A stretch of DNA of 64,000 nt from an uncultured Nitrospiraceae bacterium (GTDB taxonomy: Bacteria; Nitrospirota; Nitrospiria; Nitrospirales; Nitrospiraceae), in NCBI GenBank assembly GCA_963846575.1, contig CAWJWJ010000002.1:3410-67409 (forward strand), in the 5' to 3' direction. Shown here piece by piece: positions 1 to 8,954 of the stretch. The notes beneath the pieces were generated by a model. It was not told the DNA's origin, made no database searches, and saw nothing but the letters and a program-made list of their open reading frames with translations. Within the stretch, counting starts at the first letter, position 1. Each line of letters starts with the position of its first letter. Both the position numbers and the translations under genes were made by a program.

Positions 1-723
1 ATGCCGCTGCCGTCGACCGCCTGTCTGCTCCAGCACCAATTGGGTGCCACGCGCGCTGCGGCCTGCGACATTTCTGCCGCCTGCTGCGGATTCGTGTACG
101 CGCTTGGCGTCGCCGATGCCTATGTCAGAACCGGCATGCGCCATGTGTTGGTGGTGGGATCGGAAGTGATGTCGGCGATTTTAGACTGGACGGATCGTAA
201 CACCTGCATCCTATTTGGGGACGGCGCCGGAGCGGTGGTCGTGAGCGCCTCCGAGGGCGAGCGGGGTATCCTATCCACTCATTTGCATTCCGATGGCAGT
301 CTTTCGGATCTGATCGTGGTGCCGGGAGGCGGGACGCGAATTCCTCCGTCTGAGGACATGTTGAGGGAGCGTTCGCAGTACATCAAAATGAAGGGCAACG
401 AGACATTCAAGGTGGCGGTACGGACTCTTGAGGAGGTGGCGAGAGAGACACTCGCAGCCAATCAACTGGCAATCGAAGACCTCGACCTGTACATCCCCCA
501 CCAGGCGAATCTGAGGATCATCACGGCGGTGGCGGGCCGCCTAGGGCTGCCGCTCGAAAAAGTGATGTTGAACATGGATCGATACGGCAATACGTCTGCC
601 GCCTCGATTCCATTGGCCTTGGATGAAGCAGTCCGTGATGGCCGAGTACGCGAGGGACAGCTCGTGATGTTGGGAGCCTTCGGGGCGGGTCTGACCTGGG
701 CCTCGTCATTGATTCGCTGGTAG
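1..723 (+). CDS. fabH: 3-oxoacyl-ACP synthase III (5' end probably lies outside the window)
   Basis: Catalytic motifs AACCGF, PHQAN, YGNTSAAS; C-terminal GAGLTW; first gene of a fab cluster. Confidence 0.95.
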   Translation: MPLPSTACLLQHQLGATRAAACDISAACCGFVYALGVADAYVRTGMRHVLVVGSEVMSAILDWTDRNTCILFGDGAGAVVVSASEGERGILSTHLHSDGSLSDLIVVPGGGTRIPPSEDMLRERSQYIKMKGNETFKVAVRTLEEVARETLAANQLAIEDLDLYIPHQANLRIITAVAGRLGLPLEKVMLNMDRYGNTSAASIPLALDEAVRDGRVREGQLVMLGAFGAGLTWASSLIRW

Positions 724-829
724 CCATGAGAGAACCAAGACCGAGACCCGCTTCTGATATTGCGGGTTCGTGCCATCTGTCTTTTTCCCGTTGACTTTGA
801 ACGTGGTTTCTACGATACCTTACGCGGTT

Positions 830-1783
830 ATGACGACATCAGGCATCGGGTTTTTGTTCCCGGGACAGGGGTCTCAATCGGTCGGAATGGGGCGCGCATT
901 ATGCGATGCGTTCCCAACGGTGAAGGCCGTATATGAAGAGGCCTCGTTGATCCTCGGGTATGATGTCGCGCAGCTCTGCTTCGAAGGTCCGGCTGAACGG
1001 CTCAACTTGACCGAATATACTCAGCCTGCCTTACTCGTGAGCAGTGCGGCTGCGCTCAAAGCCCTGGAGCCAACCGGCGTGATCCCGATGGCTGTCGCCG
1101 GTCACAGCTTGGGTGAGTACTCTGCGGTGTACGCGGCGGGCGGATTGTCGTTCCGCGATACGGTAGCCCTGGTGCAGAAACGAGGCCGGTATATGGCTGA
1201 AGCGGTGCCGCCGGGAACCGGGCTGGTTGCAGCTCTCTTAGGGCTTTCTGGTGATGTGGTGAAGGCGGCCTGTCAGGAGGCGGCGTCCACCGGCGTAGTC
1301 GCAGCGGCGAATTTCAATTCCCCGGGCCAGGTGGTGATTGCGGGAGAGAAGGCTGCGGTGGAACGGGCGATTGAAATTGCCAAGACCAGGGGCTGCAAGA
1401 AAGCGATTCCATTGCCGGTGAGCGTGCCGGTTCACACTCCCCTGATGCAACGAGCCGCAGACCGGTTGGCCGCGGAGTTTGGCGGGACGGCGTGGCGGGA
1501 TTTGACGGTTCCTCTAGTGAATAATGCAGAGGCCATGGCCATCCAGCGGTGCGAAGAGATTCGCGCCTCCCTGGTTCGGCAGCTGCCCTCTTCGGTGCGA
1601 TGGGAAGAGTCGGTGCAGACAATGGCCCGGCTGGGCGTCACCACTTTTGTGGAGATCGGGCCTGGGACGGTTTTGACCGGGTTGGTGAAACGCATTCTTC
1701 CCGGTGCCGCGACATTGAATGTACATGATCCAAAATCGTTGGAAGCCACCCTCACCGCCCTGGGCGTGAGGAGTCAGGCGTAA
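830..1783 (+). CDS. fabD: Malonyl-CoA:ACP transacylase
   Basis: FPGQGSQ and GHSLGEY nucleophile motif; start moved to ATG 830 where homology begins. Confidence 0.95.
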   Translation: MTTSGIGFLFPGQGSQSVGMGRALCDAFPTVKAVYEEASLILGYDVAQLCFEGPAERLNLTEYTQPALLVSSAAALKALEPTGVIPMAVAGHSLGEYSAVYAAGGLSFRDTVALVQKRGRYMAEAVPPGTGLVAALLGLSGDVVKAACQEAASTGVVAAANFNSPGQVVIAGEKAAVERAIEIAKTRGCKKAIPLPVSVPVHTPLMQRAADRLAAEFGGTAWRDLTVPLVNNAEAMAIQRCEEIRASLVRQLPSSVRWEESVQTMARLGVTTFVEIGPGTVLTGLVKRILPGAATLNVHDPKSLEATLTALGVRSQA

Positions 1784-1811
1784 GTCTCAAGCAGACGGCG
1801 GGAGTAGACTG

Positions 1812-2555
1812 ATGTCATTACAGGGGAAAGTGGCGATTGTCACCGGGGCGGCTCAAGGCATCGGACGGGCGATCGCGGAGGCGCTGGCGGAGGATGGCGC
1901 TGACATTGCGGTCGCAGACCTCGATCCGGCCCGCGCCCAGGATGCCGTAGCGGCGATTCAAAAACTAGGACGCCGCGCCCTCAGCGTGAAGGTCAACGTG
2001 GCCGATTGGAACGATGCCAAGGCCATGGCCGATCAGGTGATACAAGAGTGGGGAAAAATCGATATTCTGGTGAATAACGCTGGGATTACCCGGGACGGAT
2101 TGTTACTTCGAATGAAGGAAGAAGACTGGAATCTGGTGCTACAGGTCAATCTGAATGGCACCTTTCACTGCACGAAAGCCGTTCTTCTCCCCATGACCAA
2201 GCAACGGTACGGCCGGATTGTCAATATCGCGTCCATCGTGGGGGCGATGGGTAATGTCGGGCAGGCTAATTATGCCGCGTCGAAGGCGGCGGTTATCGGA
2301 TTTACCAAGACGGTCGCGCGTGAGTATGCGAGCCGGGCGGTCACGGTCAATGCCGTGGCGCCTGGATTCATCGACACGGCAATGACACAGAATCTGTCTC
2401 CCGAGGTGAAGGAAACGTTGCAGAAGCAGATCCCTTTGGGACGGTTAGGGCTTCCATCCGATATTGCGGCGGCGGTCCGCTTCCTGGTGTCGGACGCGGC
2501 GTCCTATATCACGGGGCAAGTGTTGCACGTGAACGGTGGCATGCTCATGGTATAA
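1812..2555 (+). CDS. fabG: 3-oxoacyl-ACP reductase
   Basis: TGAAQGIG, NNAGITRD, YAASK SDR motifs; fab context. Confidence 0.96.
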   Translation: MSLQGKVAIVTGAAQGIGRAIAEALAEDGADIAVADLDPARAQDAVAAIQKLGRRALSVKVNVADWNDAKAMADQVIQEWGKIDILVNNAGITRDGLLLRMKEEDWNLVLQVNLNGTFHCTKAVLLPMTKQRYGRIVNIASIVGAMGNVGQANYAASKAAVIGFTKTVAREYASRAVTVNAVAPGFIDTAMTQNLSPEVKETLQKQIPLGRLGLPSDIAAAVRFLVSDAASYITGQVLHVNGGMLMV

Positions 2556-2649
2556 GTAAGTCAGGTCGGTGACCGGATCGGCCTGATCGATTCGGTGGAG
2601 CCCGGTGTGGATTAAGGAGGCTAAGATGGGGAAGGAGGTGGGCAAGTCA

Positions 2650-2883
2650 ATGGCAACTGTAGATGAACGGGTGAAGAAAATTATTGCCGAGCAGCTGGGG
2701 GTAGAGGAAGAGGAAGTGACGCTGGAAGCGCATTTCGTCGAAGACTTGGGCGCCGATTCGCTCGATACGGTTGAATTGGTCATGGCCCTGGAAGAAGAGT
2801 TTGAGATTGAGATTCCCGATGAGGACGCCGAGAAGATTCTCACTGTCGGGAAGGCACTTGAGTATATTAAAGAGAAGGCCTAA
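2650..2883 (+). CDS. acpP: Acyl carrier protein
   Basis: [12 protein letters not shown] phosphopantetheine site; SD AAGGAGGT at 2632-2639; alternative in-frame ATG at 2626. Confidence 0.96.
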   Translation: MATVDERVKKIIAEQLGVEEEEVTLEAHFVEDLGADSLDTVELVMALEEEFEIEIPDEDAEKILTVGKALEYIKEKA

Positions 2884-2894
2884 TCGGACTGTCG

Positions 2895-4145
2895 ATGAAG
2901 GAGCGACCCACCAGACGCGTCGTGGTCACCGGTCTCGGACTGGTCACTCCCCTGGGAACCGGGGTGGAGAAGACTTGGAAGGCTGTGTGTGCCGGGGAAT
3001 CGGGCATCGGTCGCATCACGCGATTCGATCCCACCGGTTATGATGCGCAGATTGCCGGAGAGGTCAAGGATTTCGACCCGGCTCAGTTCATCGAAAAAAA
3101 AGAAATCAAGAAGATGGACACCTTCATCCACTATGCGGTGGGGGCGAGTCATCTGGCGGTTGAAGATGCAAAACTCACCGTGTCGGCAGAAGAAGCGACG
3201 CGTGTGGGGGTCTATATCGGATCCGGCATCGGCGGCCTCGGGTCGATTGAGCATTACCATGATGTGCTTAAGGAGAAGGGGCCCGGTCGTGTCTCTCCCT
3301 TTTTCATTCCCATGACGATCATCAACTTGGCTTCGGGACAGGTGGCCATTCGAATCGGAGCGAAAGGGCCGAATTCCTGCGCGGTCACGGCCTGCGCGAC
3401 GGGCAACCACTGTATTGGCGACGCCAGCCGGCTCATCCAGCGTGATGATGCGGATGTCATGATCGCCGGAGGTGCGGAGGCGGCTATCACTCCGTTGGGG
3501 GTGGCGGGGTTTGCTTCGGCGAAAGCATTGTCGTTCAGGAATGATGAACCGACGAAAGCCAGTCGGCCGTTTGATAAAGATCGAGATGGATTTGTGCTGG
3601 GGGAGGGCGCCGGAGTGGTGGTGCTGGAAGAGCTTGAGCATGCCCGAAAGCGAGGGGCGCGTATTTATGCAGAGGTCATCGGCTATGCGATGAACAGCGA
3701 TGCCTACCATATCACGGCTCCGCCTGAGGATGGGGAGGGTGCCGTTCGTTGTATGGAAATGGTTTTACAAGATGCCGGGGTTGCCAAAACGGACATTGGG
3801 TATATCAATGCGCATGGCACATCCACCATGGCAGATGCCATCGAGACCAAAGCTATTAAACAGGTGTTCGGGAACCACGCGTTCAAAATTCCCGTCAGTT
3901 CGACCAAGTCCATGACAGGTCATTTGTTGGGTGCTGCCGGAGGTATTGAGGCGGTGTTCAGCATTCTGGCTCTCCACCATGGCATGCTGCCACCCACGAT
4001 CAACCTTGATCAACCTGACCCCGCCTGCGACCTTGACTATGTGCCTAACCAGGCTCGCCCAGCCAATCCTCAGGTGGTGTTGTCCAACTCGTTCGGCTTT
4101 GGCGGTGTCAACGCCTGTCTGCTGTTTCGTCGGTGTGAGTCGTAA
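2895..4145 (+). CDS. fabF: 3-oxoacyl-ACP synthase II
   Basis: [29 protein letters not shown] motifs. Confidence 0.97.
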   Translation: MKERPTRRVVVTGLGLVTPLGTGVEKTWKAVCAGESGIGRITRFDPTGYDAQIAGEVKDFDPAQFIEKKEIKKMDTFIHYAVGASHLAVEDAKLTVSAEEATRVGVYIGSGIGGLGSIEHYHDVLKEKGPGRVSPFFIPMTIINLASGQVAIRIGAKGPNSCAVTACATGNHCIGDASRLIQRDDADVMIAGGAEAAITPLGVAGFASAKALSFRNDEPTKASRPFDKDRDGFVLGEGAGVVVLEELEHARKRGARIYAEVIGYAMNSDAYHITAPPEDGEGAVRCMEMVLQDAGVAKTDIGYINAHGTSTMADAIETKAIKQVFGNHAFKIPVSSTKSMTGHLLGAAGGIEAVFSILALHHGMLPPTINLDQPDPACDLDYVPNQARPANPQVVLSNSFGFGGVNACLLFRRCES

Positions 4146-4172
4146 CCCCACCTCCATCATGAGTCAAATCCT

Positions 4173-4892
4173 ATGACGCCGGCCACGTCAATTGAGACGG
4201 CCCAGCGCATCCTGGGTTATCGCTTTCGCCAGCCTCGTCTGCTTGAAGAAGCGTTGACGCACAAGTCCTATTCCAACGAGCGGCGCGGTAAGGATCGAAC
4301 ACAGAACGAGCGCTTGGAGTTTCTGGGTGACGCCGTTTTGTCCTTGGTGATCAGTGAGTATCTTGCCGCCGAGTTCCAAGATAGCAGCGAAGGCGGGCTG
4401 TCCAAGCTGAAAGCGCAGCTCGTAAGTGAAGCTTCGCTGGCCAGGGCCGCGCGGCGCATGAAACTGGGCCGCCTCCTGCGTCTGGGCAAAGGGGAAGAGC
4501 TTTCGAAGGGACGGGAGAAACACTCACTGTTAGCCGATGCGCTGGAAGCATTAATCGCGGCGGTGTATCTGGATGGTGGACTGGAGGCGAGCCGGAAATT
4601 CACGTTGCAGGTGTTGGAAGACGAATTGCTCGCGACGCGAGCGGAACAAGCACGCCCCGGAATGGATGACTACAAGACTCAACTTCAGGAAATTTGCCAG
4701 AAGCGGTACGAAACATTGCCTCGTTATGAGACGGTGCGGGAATCAGGCCCTGATCACCAGAAAGTATTTGAAGTGGAACTGACGATTCAGGGTATCATGC
4801 GTGGAGTGGGATCTGGACTTAGTAAGAAAGAAGCTGAACAAAAGGCAGCGAAGGAAGCGCTGGCACAATTGACGGCAGGAACCGAGAGATAG
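4173..4892 (+). CDS. rnc: Ribonuclease III
   Basis: NERLEFLGDAVL signature; C-terminal dsRBD (DYKTQLQE...SKKEAEQKAA). Confidence 0.97.
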   Translation: MTPATSIETAQRILGYRFRQPRLLEEALTHKSYSNERRGKDRTQNERLEFLGDAVLSLVISEYLAAEFQDSSEGGLSKLKAQLVSEASLARAARRMKLGRLLRLGKGEELSKGREKHSLLADALEALIAAVYLDGGLEASRKFTLQVLEDELLATRAEQARPGMDDYKTQLQEICQKRYETLPRYETVRESGPDHQKVFEVELTIQGIMRGVGSGLSKKEAEQKAAKEALAQLTAGTER

Positions 4893-4912
4893 CGTCAGCA
4901 CAAGGAGGTACG

Positions 4913-5563
4913 ATGGCATATCGGTACTGGAATAAGGCGTTAGGAATCGCGAGTGTCTTGGGGCTGCTCTGGGGGAGTGTCCTGACCGAGCAGGGCCTGG
5001 CAGCCGATACTGCTCCGGCAGAGAACCAATCCGTGAATGTGCACAATGCGAGGGCGATCATCAAAACAAAATTTGGCGATATCGAGATGAAATTTCTTCC
5101 CGATGTTGCGCCGAAGCATGTTGAGAATTTCATCAAACTGGCCAAGTCTGGGTTTTACAACGGAACGATTTTTCATCGCGTGATCCCAGGATTTATGATC
5201 CAGGGTGGCGATCCGAACACCAAAGATTCTTTAAAGAAGGGCGCTTACGGACAAGGTGGTCCCGGCCATAATGTGAAAGGCGAGTTCAGCGACTTGCCTC
5301 ACAAGCGAGGGGTCGTATCGATGGCGCGCGCGCAAGACCCTGATAGCGCCGGGTCGCAGTTTTTTATTGTTGTCGAAGAGTCGCGGTTCTTAGACAGGAA
5401 ATATACGATATTTGGCGAGGTGGTTAGAGGCATCGGGGTTGCCGATAAGATTGTCGGTTTGCCGAGAGTCATGTGTCAGGCAGGTGCGCCGTCTCCTGCG
5501 GACAAGGGACCCTGCGACAATCCGATTGAGCGTGTGGAAATGACTGTGACCCTTATAGAGTGA
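4913..5563 (+). CDS. Cyclophilin-type peptidyl-prolyl isomerase, probably exported
   Basis: FHRVIPGFMIQGGDP and SMARAQDPDSAGSQFFI; hydrophobic N-terminal signal-like segment. Confidence 0.92.
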   Translation: MAYRYWNKALGIASVLGLLWGSVLTEQGLAADTAPAENQSVNVHNARAIIKTKFGDIEMKFLPDVAPKHVENFIKLAKSGFYNGTIFHRVIPGFMIQGGDPNTKDSLKKGAYGQGGPGHNVKGEFSDLPHKRGVVSMARAQDPDSAGSQFFIVVEESRFLDRKYTIFGEVVRGIGVADKIVGLPRVMCQAGAPSPADKGPCDNPIERVEMTVTLIE

Positions 5564-5722
5564 ACCGTTTGCGAGTGTCTTCGGCAAGGGCCATGATCGA
5601 CTGATCTCAAAAACCGGTCTATCGCCACGCTGCGGGTCAGTTGCCGCAGGTCCCGGTCGCCACCCTGCGATACGCAGCAATTCCTCCCTTCTCACGCACC
5701 ACACAACAGCACGATGTCAGTG

Positions 5723-5756
5723 AGCCCGGTCCGAATCTTCGATTCGGTGCCGGGCT
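5723..5756. terminator. Stem-loop between convergent genes
   Basis: AGCCCGG-t-CCGAATC / GATTCGG-tg-CCGGGCT inverted repeat; U-tract weak. Confidence 0.5.
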
Positions 5757-5763
5757 TATCATT

Positions 5764-6339
5764 TCAGAAGGGTTGTGTGTTTTCTTGGGTGCGGACCAAT
5801 GTCAACAAGTGGACTAGTGCCTTAGTGACGCGCTCGGCATGGGAGGCTGATCGGAATAGCAATGTGTCCTCTGGAAACTGACCTTGCAGTTCCGCCACAT
5901 TGCCTGTACAGAAGCTGGTTTTCATAATGCAGGGACTGCTGTTCTTGCAGGTTAACCGAATCCCGTAGAGGACCAGGGTATTTTCACGGCCGCTGTGGCC
6001 TTGATACTGGATTGTATCGATCTCGTGCAGATCGAAATGGGTGAATCCGGTATTGACGCCGTCATGGCCGTGATTAAGTTCCACTGCCCCAAGTTTATTT
6101 CCCGTGGGAATGACGCTGTAGACCTCGGTGATTTTTGTCGCTTTGCCGGATTTAGGATTTCTGCAGCTCAGGCTGCGAACAAAACCATGGGTATTCGTCA
6201 TGTCCCCGATGAATTGAACCGTTTCCTCTACCGTTTGACTGAGAGCCGCGGCAGGTGAGAGGAGGAGGATAACCAATGCCCCAATGACGGATGCCTTATG
6301 GAGGGCCGCCGTTTTGATTCTCGAATTTGCGTCCCGCAT
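5764..6339 (-). CDS. Hypothetical secreted protein (about 191 aa, 4 Cys)
   Basis: ATG 6339 preceded by AGGAAG; signal-like VIGALVILLLSPAAALSQ; no recognisable domain. Confidence 0.65.
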   Translation of the reverse strand: MRDANSRIKTAALHKASVIGALVILLLSPAAALSQTVEETVQFIGDMTNTHGFVRSLSCRNPKSGKATKITEVYSVIPTGNKLGAVELNHGHDGVNTGFTHFDLHEIDTIQYQGHSGRENTLVLYGIRLTCKNSSPCIMKTSFCTGNVAELQGQFPEDTLLFRSASHAERVTKALVHLLTLVRTQENTQPF

Positions 6340-6490
6340 GATGGTCTTCCTATAGTGCTGCGTCAGAATGGCTGGGAGATCCTTACCGTACTGAAACCGT
6401 CTCAACAGTTCAATCCCTCCATGAGGCAGGGTCGCGGAAAAATGTTGTCCTGATCTCGCGAAAAACCGGGGATGTAGTATCGGAAAGGGT

Positions 6491-7384
6491 TTAACCCACG
6501 TCTTGCGGAACTTCTGCCGGAGGAATGAGCGGAAAAATAGTCGAGTCGAGAGGCATGCTCGGTGACAGATCGATCTGTTCCGCAATAGGGGCAAATTGGA
6601 AAGCATTTACCAAGGAAGAGATCCGAGACTCCATCTTGTCGAGATTCCGGTAATGGAGCAGTCGTGAAAAAAAGGTCCCTTCCATATGCGGTTGCTGCGG
6701 ATCAAGCTCCCATGGGTGAAAATACATGACGACGGGGCGACCTTGGCGCTCGATGCGTTTCAGGAGTTTGCATAGAACGGAAAACGGGAGAAGCCGGAAG
6801 AAACTCCCGCCTGCAATTGGAATACGCACGCCTCCGATGTTTGAAGTTGAAGGTGGAACCTCCCAAATGGGACCTGCTGAGGTCTGTTGCAGATGGTGCC
6901 AAGGGTCCGATCCCGGGACACCGCAGTGGTCATGCCGGATCGGGATGATGCTGGAATCGTACGTATAACCCTCTTCGGCCAAGATCGGTAAGGCCCACAA
7001 CGTTTCTCGCGTAATAGTAAACCCCGGGGCACGATAACCCTGGACTGTCAAACCCGTAAGATCTTCAAGAATATGCTTGGCTTTTCTGACATCGGCACGA
7101 AAGAGTTCCGGTGTTTGAGCCGTCACGAGTTCGTGCCCGTACCCATGAGAGGCGATCTCATGTCCGCAGTCGGCGATCTGTTTGATCAGACCGGGGTGCC
7201 GTTCAGCAACCCAGCCCAGGACGAAAAAGGTCGCTCTGGTTTGGTAGCGGGCTAGCAGGTCCAGCACTTTGCAAGTATTCGACGTAACCCGGCTCTGAAA
7301 AGATCCCCAGTGCCGCCGACGAATGGGAGAGTCGAATCGAGAAACCTGGAAGTGTTCTTCTACGTCGAATGTTAAACAATGCAC
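6491..7384 (-). CDS. Polysaccharide deacetylase, PEP-CTERM/XrtA-locus (DUF3473) type
   Basis: TFDVEE, ATFFVLGWVAE, HEIASHGYGH, GYRAPGF, YDSS, GGSFFR, YFHPWELD motifs; GTG start with AAGGA upstream. Confidence 0.88.
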   Translation of the reverse strand: MHCLTFDVEEHFQVSRFDSPIRRRHWGSFQSRVTSNTCKVLDLLARYQTRATFFVLGWVAERHPGLIKQIADCGHEIASHGYGHELVTAQTPELFRADVRKAKHILEDLTGLTVQGYRAPGFTITRETLWALPILAEEGYTYDSSIIPIRHDHCGVPGSDPWHHLQQTSAGPIWEVPPSTSNIGGVRIPIAGGSFFRLLPFSVLCKLLKRIERQGRPVVMYFHPWELDPQQPHMEGTFFSRLLHYRNLDKMESRISSLVNAFQFAPIAEQIDLSPSMPLDSTIFPLIPPAEVPQDVG

Positions 7385-7600
7385 AGGGAAGTTCCTTGAT
7401 CACTGTAGGATATTGCATGCATGGGTAGATATCTGAGGAAGGCAACGAGGGAGCTGGAAGGGAAATTCACTCAAAGGCCCCTTTCGACGTGCTGTGTATA
7501 CTATGTGTGCCACCCGATGTAAAGCAAAGTTTAAGCCGTCAATAATACTGATATTTATCAACGGTCTAAGCATTCGGTGCCTGTTTGTCACAAAGCCAGA

Positions 7601-7640
7601 GTATCTTGAAAGACACCATTGGCGTATCTGAAAAGATACG
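7601..7640. promoter_or_regulatory. Tandem palindromic operator-like sites GTATCT-N4-AGA(T/C)AC
   Basis: GTATCTTGAAAGACAC (7601-7616) and CGTATCTGAAAAGATACG (7623-7640), 23 bp apart. Confidence 0.45.
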
Positions 7641-7706
7641 TTTGTGTGAGAAGAGTGAAGGAAAGCGGCGTCGTTCAGGAAGCTCAGATCCGGACTGCGT
7701 TCGTCG

Positions 7707-8954
7707 TCAGGCTACGTGCCGGGAGGGTTGGCTCTGCGGTAATACTTGTTGAAGGGGCACCGTAAACCGGAAGGTAGAGCCACGTCCGGGCTCGCTCTCT
7801 GCCCCGATATGGCCCCCCATCAATTCCACGAGTTGTTTTGAGATGGCCAAACCGAGGCCCGTTCCTCCGTATTTCCTGGTCGTGGACCCATCTGCTTGCA
7901 CAAATGGTTGAAACAATTTCGAGAATGCGCTCGGCGCAATTCCGATTCCATTGTCAAGGACCGAGAACCGAAGATGGATTACTCGACGGTCGTCCGCTCG
8001 GATTTCCCCATAGCTGGTGGCGGGAAATTCCAAGCGTTGCTCCGACGACCGTTCATCAAGATCTACTCGGAGACACACCGTTCCCTGATCGCTGAATTTG
8101 ATCGCATTGGCGAGTAAGTTGCTCAGAATTTGTTGAAGTCTTGAAGGGTCTCCCAGCAGGTTTGATGGCACCCCCTCGGCGATACTGGAGGTCAAAGCCA
8201 GACCTTTACGCTGGGCGCGTTCGCAAAACAATGCAATGACGCGATTGACGAAAACGCGCAAGTCAAAGTCCAATAGTTCAAGGGAAAGTTTTCCGGACTC
8301 GATCTTGGAGAAGTCCAGAATGTCGTTGATGATCACCATCAAAGCATCGCCGGAAGCACGGATGGTTTGCGCGCAGTCCTGTTGCTCAGGGCTCAGGGGG
8401 GTATCCAGGAGCCAGTCCGTCATTCCCAGGACTCCGTTCATGGGTGTGCGTATTTCGTGACTCATGGTCGCAAGAAATTCGGATTTAAGCCGGGTCCCTT
8501 CGATGGCTGCATCCCTTGCCTGTGTCAATGTGGCCTGGCTGGCTCGAAGTTCTTGTAAAACCTGGTTTGCCCGCACCATGTAGCGAACGCGATGCGTCAA
8601 GAGCATTGCGTTCAAGGGTTTGACAATAAAATCTGTTGCGCCGGCGTCGTACGCTCTCGTAATTGAGTCGAAATCATCTAGTCCGGTCATAATCAGAATA
8701 GGGATGTGCTCACCCTCTGGCAGCTGTCGCAAGGCCGCGCAGGTGGCGAAGCCATCCATTTCCGGCATCATCACATCGAGGAGCACAACGTCCGGGAGGC
8801 GTTGTTGGAAAGCCGCCCAGGCCTCCTTTCCGTCGTCAGCCTCCGCCACGATCCAGCCGGCCTGCTCCAACGCTTCGCGGGCGAACATGCGGATTATGAG
8901 ATCGTCATCGGCTACAAGCGCGAGGGGAGCTCGGCCTGGTATGAGTGGATTCAT
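7707..8954 (-). CDS. Response regulator receiver fused to histidine kinase (REC-HisKA-HATPase)
   Basis: VADDD...LLDVMMP...KP receiver; [16 protein letters not shown]-box; NLLANAIKF; GGTGLGL. Confidence 0.92.
   Translation of the reverse strand: MNPLIPGRAPLALVADDDLIIRMFAREALEQAGWIVAEADDGKEAWAAFQQRLPDVVLLDVMMPEMDGFATCAALRQLPEGEHIPILIMTGLDDFDSITRAYDAGATDFIVKPLNAMLLTHRVRYMVRANQVLQELRASQATLTQARDAAIEGTRLKSEFLATMSHEIRTPMNGVLGMTDWLLDTPLSPEQQDCAQTIRASGDALMVIINDILDFSKIESGKLSLELLDFDLRVFVNRVIALFCERAQRKGLALTSSIAEGVPSNLLGDPSRLQQILSNLLANAIKFSDQGTVCLRVDLDERSSEQRLEFPATSYGEIRADDRRVIHLRFSVLDNGIGIAPSAFSKLFQPFVQADGSTTRKYGGTGLGLAISKQLVELMGGHIGAESEPGRGSTFRFTVPLQQVLPQSQPSRHVA

Noticed and set aside
2880-3710. 276-aa minus-strand ORF
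   Set aside because: Fully antisense to fabF with no motifs; shadow ORF caused by codon bias
6478-6505. TCCGATAC as a fourth sigma28-like -10 upstream of the secreted hypothetical gene
   Set aside because: No matching -35 at the N15 spacing
7490-7512. TGGCAC on the minus strand upstream of the deacetylase
   Set aside because: The -12 position reads AT rather than GC, so it is not a credible sigma54 promoter
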